From contig NEEC01000470.1 in assembly GCA_002189035.1 (NCBI GenBank), positions 1 to 24,735 of the forward strand: a stretch of 24,735 nucleotides of DNA. Direction: 5' to 3'. The translations under genes and the position numbers were made by a program. Below, piece by piece: positions 22,623 through 24,735 of the stretch; the stretch's first letter is position 1; the number at the start of each line of letters is the position of its first letter. The notes beneath the pieces were generated by a model. The model was not told where the DNA came from. It did no database searches and saw nothing but the letters and a program-made list of their open reading frames with translations. The stretch comes from Utricularia gibba (taxonomy: Eukaryota > Plantae > Magnoliophyta).

Positions 22623-23564
22623 CTCGACGAAAATCGTGATGCAGTTATTGAAGTTAGGATTCATGAGCACCCAAAATGGTTTTCTCAACCGCATGCTTTA
22701 TATTTGATAAGGCACTCTCGTGGGGCAACGGTATCGAGCAGGAGGTCGAGTCGAGCTCGGGCCCCAGAGTCATTTGTAGCCCGGCAAAAAAATTGATGCA
22801 TTTATTAACGTTGGTTTAATTAGGCTGCCTACATGTTTCTCAAGGAAAAGCTTGTCGTTTCTGGGCGGGTGATGTCTTTTGGAACTTCGTTCTGACCATA
22901 AGGTTCGGTCTGACTCCTTTGCCACATCGGGTCCTACTCGACGAAAATCGTGATGCAGTTATTGAAGTTAGGATATCATGAGCACCCAAAATGGTTTTCT
23001 CAACCGCATGCTTTATATTTGATAAGGCACTCTCGTGGGGCAACGGTATCGAGCAGGAGGTCGAGTCGAGCTCGGTCCAGAGTCATTTGTAGCCCGGCAA
23101 AAAAATTGATGCATTTATTAACGTTCGGTTTATTAGGCTGCCTACATAGTTTTCTCAAGGAAAAGCTTGTCGTTTCTGGGCGGGTGATGTCTTTTGGAAC
23201 TTCGTTCTGACCATAGGTTCGGTCTGACTCCTTTGCCACATCGGGTCCTACTCGACGAAAATCGTGATGCAGTTATTGAAGTTAGGATATCATGAGCACC
23301 CAAAATGGTTTTCTCAACCGCATGCTTTATATTTGATAAGGCACTCTCGTGGGGCAACGGTATCGAGCAGGAGGTCGAGTCGAGCTCGGTCCCAGAGTCA
23401 TTTGTAGCCGGCAAAAAAATTGATGCATTTATTAACGTTGGCTTTTATTAGGCTGCCTACATAGTTTCTCAAGGAAAAGCTTGTCGTTTCTGGGCGGGTG
23501 ATGTCTTTTGGAACTTCGTTCTGACCATAGGTTCGGTCTGACTCCTTTGCCACATCGGGTCCTA
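22623..23564 (+). repeat. Three tandem C monomers
   Basis: GATAAGGCACT, CGAGCAGG and CCAGAG at 22623, 22937 and 23251. The last two share GGATATC and CTCGGTCC. Confidence 0.85.
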
Positions 23565-24177
23565 CTCGACGAAAATCGTGATGCAGTTATTGAAGTTAGG
23601 ATTTCATGAGCACCCAAAATGGTTTTCTCAACCGCATGCTTTATATTTGATAAGGTGCTCTCGTGGGGCAACGGTATCGAGTAGGAGGTCGAGTCGAGCT
23701 CGGGCCCATAGTCATTTGTAGCTCGGCAAAAAACTTGATGCATTTATTAACGGTTGGTTTTAATAGGCTGCCTCAATGGTTTTCTCAAGGAAAAGCTTGT
23801 CGTTTTTGGGCGGGTGATGTCGTTGTGAACTTCGTTCTGACCCAAGGTTCGGTCTGTCCCTTTGCAATCGGGTCCTACTCGACGAAAATCGTGATGCAGT
23901 TATTGAAGTTAGGATTTCATGAGCACCCAAAATGCTTTTTTCAATCGCATGCTTTGTATTTAGAGGCGCTCTAGTGGGGCACGGTATCGGGCAAAAGGTC
24001 GAGTCGGGCTCGCTCCCAGAGTCATTTGTAGCCCAAAAAATTGATGCATTTATTAACGTTGAATAGGCTGCCTACATGTTTCTCAAGGAAAAGCTTGTCG
24101 TTTCTGGGCGGGTGATGTCGTTGGGAACTTCGTTCTGACCAAGGTTCGGTCTGACTCCTTTGCCACATCGGGTCCTA
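23565..24177 (+). repeat. Single A-B dimer
   Basis: A monomer at 23565 and B monomer at 23878 (AAAATGCTTTTTTCAATCG, GGCGCTCTAG, CGGGCAAAAGG). Confidence 0.8.
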
Positions 24178-24735
24178 CTCGACGAAAATCGTGATGCAGT
24201 TATTGAAGTTAGGATTCATGAGCACCCAAAATGGTTTTCTCAACCGCATGCTTTATATTTGAGGAGGCGCTCTCGTGGGGCAACGGTATCGAGTAGGAGG
24301 TCGAGTCGAGCTCGGGCCCATAGTCATTTGTAGCTCGGCAAAAAAATTGATGCATTTATTAACGGTTGGTTTTAATAGGCTGCCTACAATGGTTTCTCAA
24401 GGAAAAGCTTGTCGTTTTTGGGCGGGTGATGTCGTTGTGAACTTCGTTCTGACCCAAGGTTCGGTCTGACTCCTTTGCCACATCGGGTCCTACTCGACGA
24501 AAATCGTGATGCAGTTATTGAAGTTAGGATTTCATGAGCACCCAAAATGGTTTTCTCAACCGCATGCTTTATATTTGATAAGGCGCTCTCGTGGGGCAAC
24601 GGTATCGAGTAGGAGGTCGAGTCGAGCTCGGCCCAGAGTCATTTGTAGCCCGGCAAAAAAAATTGATGCATTTATTAACGTTCGGCTTTATTAGGCTGCC
24701 TACATAGTTTCTCAAGGAAAAGCTTGTCGTTTCTG

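Larger units (their letters stand above)
1..24735 (+). repeat. Tandem satellite DNA array, ~310-bp monomer, ~80 copies in one orientation, extending beyond both window edges
   Basis: The anchor CTCGACGAAAATCG recurs at 11, 319, 635, 940, 1249, 1561, 1863, 2176 ... 23878, 24178, 24493 (80 anchors read by eye, spacing 298-316, mean (24493-11)/79 = 309.9). No unique sequence lies between copies. Each copy read carries AAGCTT (HindIII) and ATGCAT (NsiI). The family is not recognised. Confidence 0.99.

Noticed and set aside
372-24694. All six-frame ORFs, including the recurrent minus-strand ~103-aa frame MHQVFCRATNDYGPELD... (e.g. 7292-7603, 12253-12564, 23432-23743)
   Set aside because: They are translations of the same repeat in shifting frames. 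Indels break them in most copies, their starts and ends depend on local variants, and I recognise no domain. There is no sign of frame conservation.
1-24735. CRISPR array
   Set aside because: There are no unique spacers: the sequence between conserved boxes is itself repeated, the period is ~310 bp, and no cas genes are present.
1-24735. Assignment to a named satellite such as CentO, CentC or alpha satellite
   Set aside because: Only the subunit length is comparable. I see no convincing sequence identity and cannot run a database search.

Overview
The whole 24,735-bp window is one uninterrupted, head-to-tail tandem satellite array, open at both ends. I located 80 copies of the anchor CTCGACGAAAATCG, from position 11 to 24493. 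Spacing is 298-316 bp (mean about 310 bp), and one monomer counted by hand is about 46% GC. There are no genes, RNA genes, transposon insertions or inversions; every ORF in the track is a chance reading of the repeat. The array is hierarchical. (1) Each ~310-bp monomer is an old, diverged dimer of a ~157-bp unit (50/67 ungapped identity between halves). (2) Monomers fall into subfamilies A, B and C plus mosaics. (3) A and B form a ~620-bp higher-order dimer repeated in runs, separated by C or mosaic monomers in a strongly biased order. A 41-bp box is almost invariant across all copies. This looks like eukaryotic heterochromatic, possibly centromeric, satellite DNA; I cannot name the family or organism. 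Part of the monomer variation (homopolymer indels, hybrid monomers) may be long-read or consensus error. I found no evidence for a novel protein-coding system.
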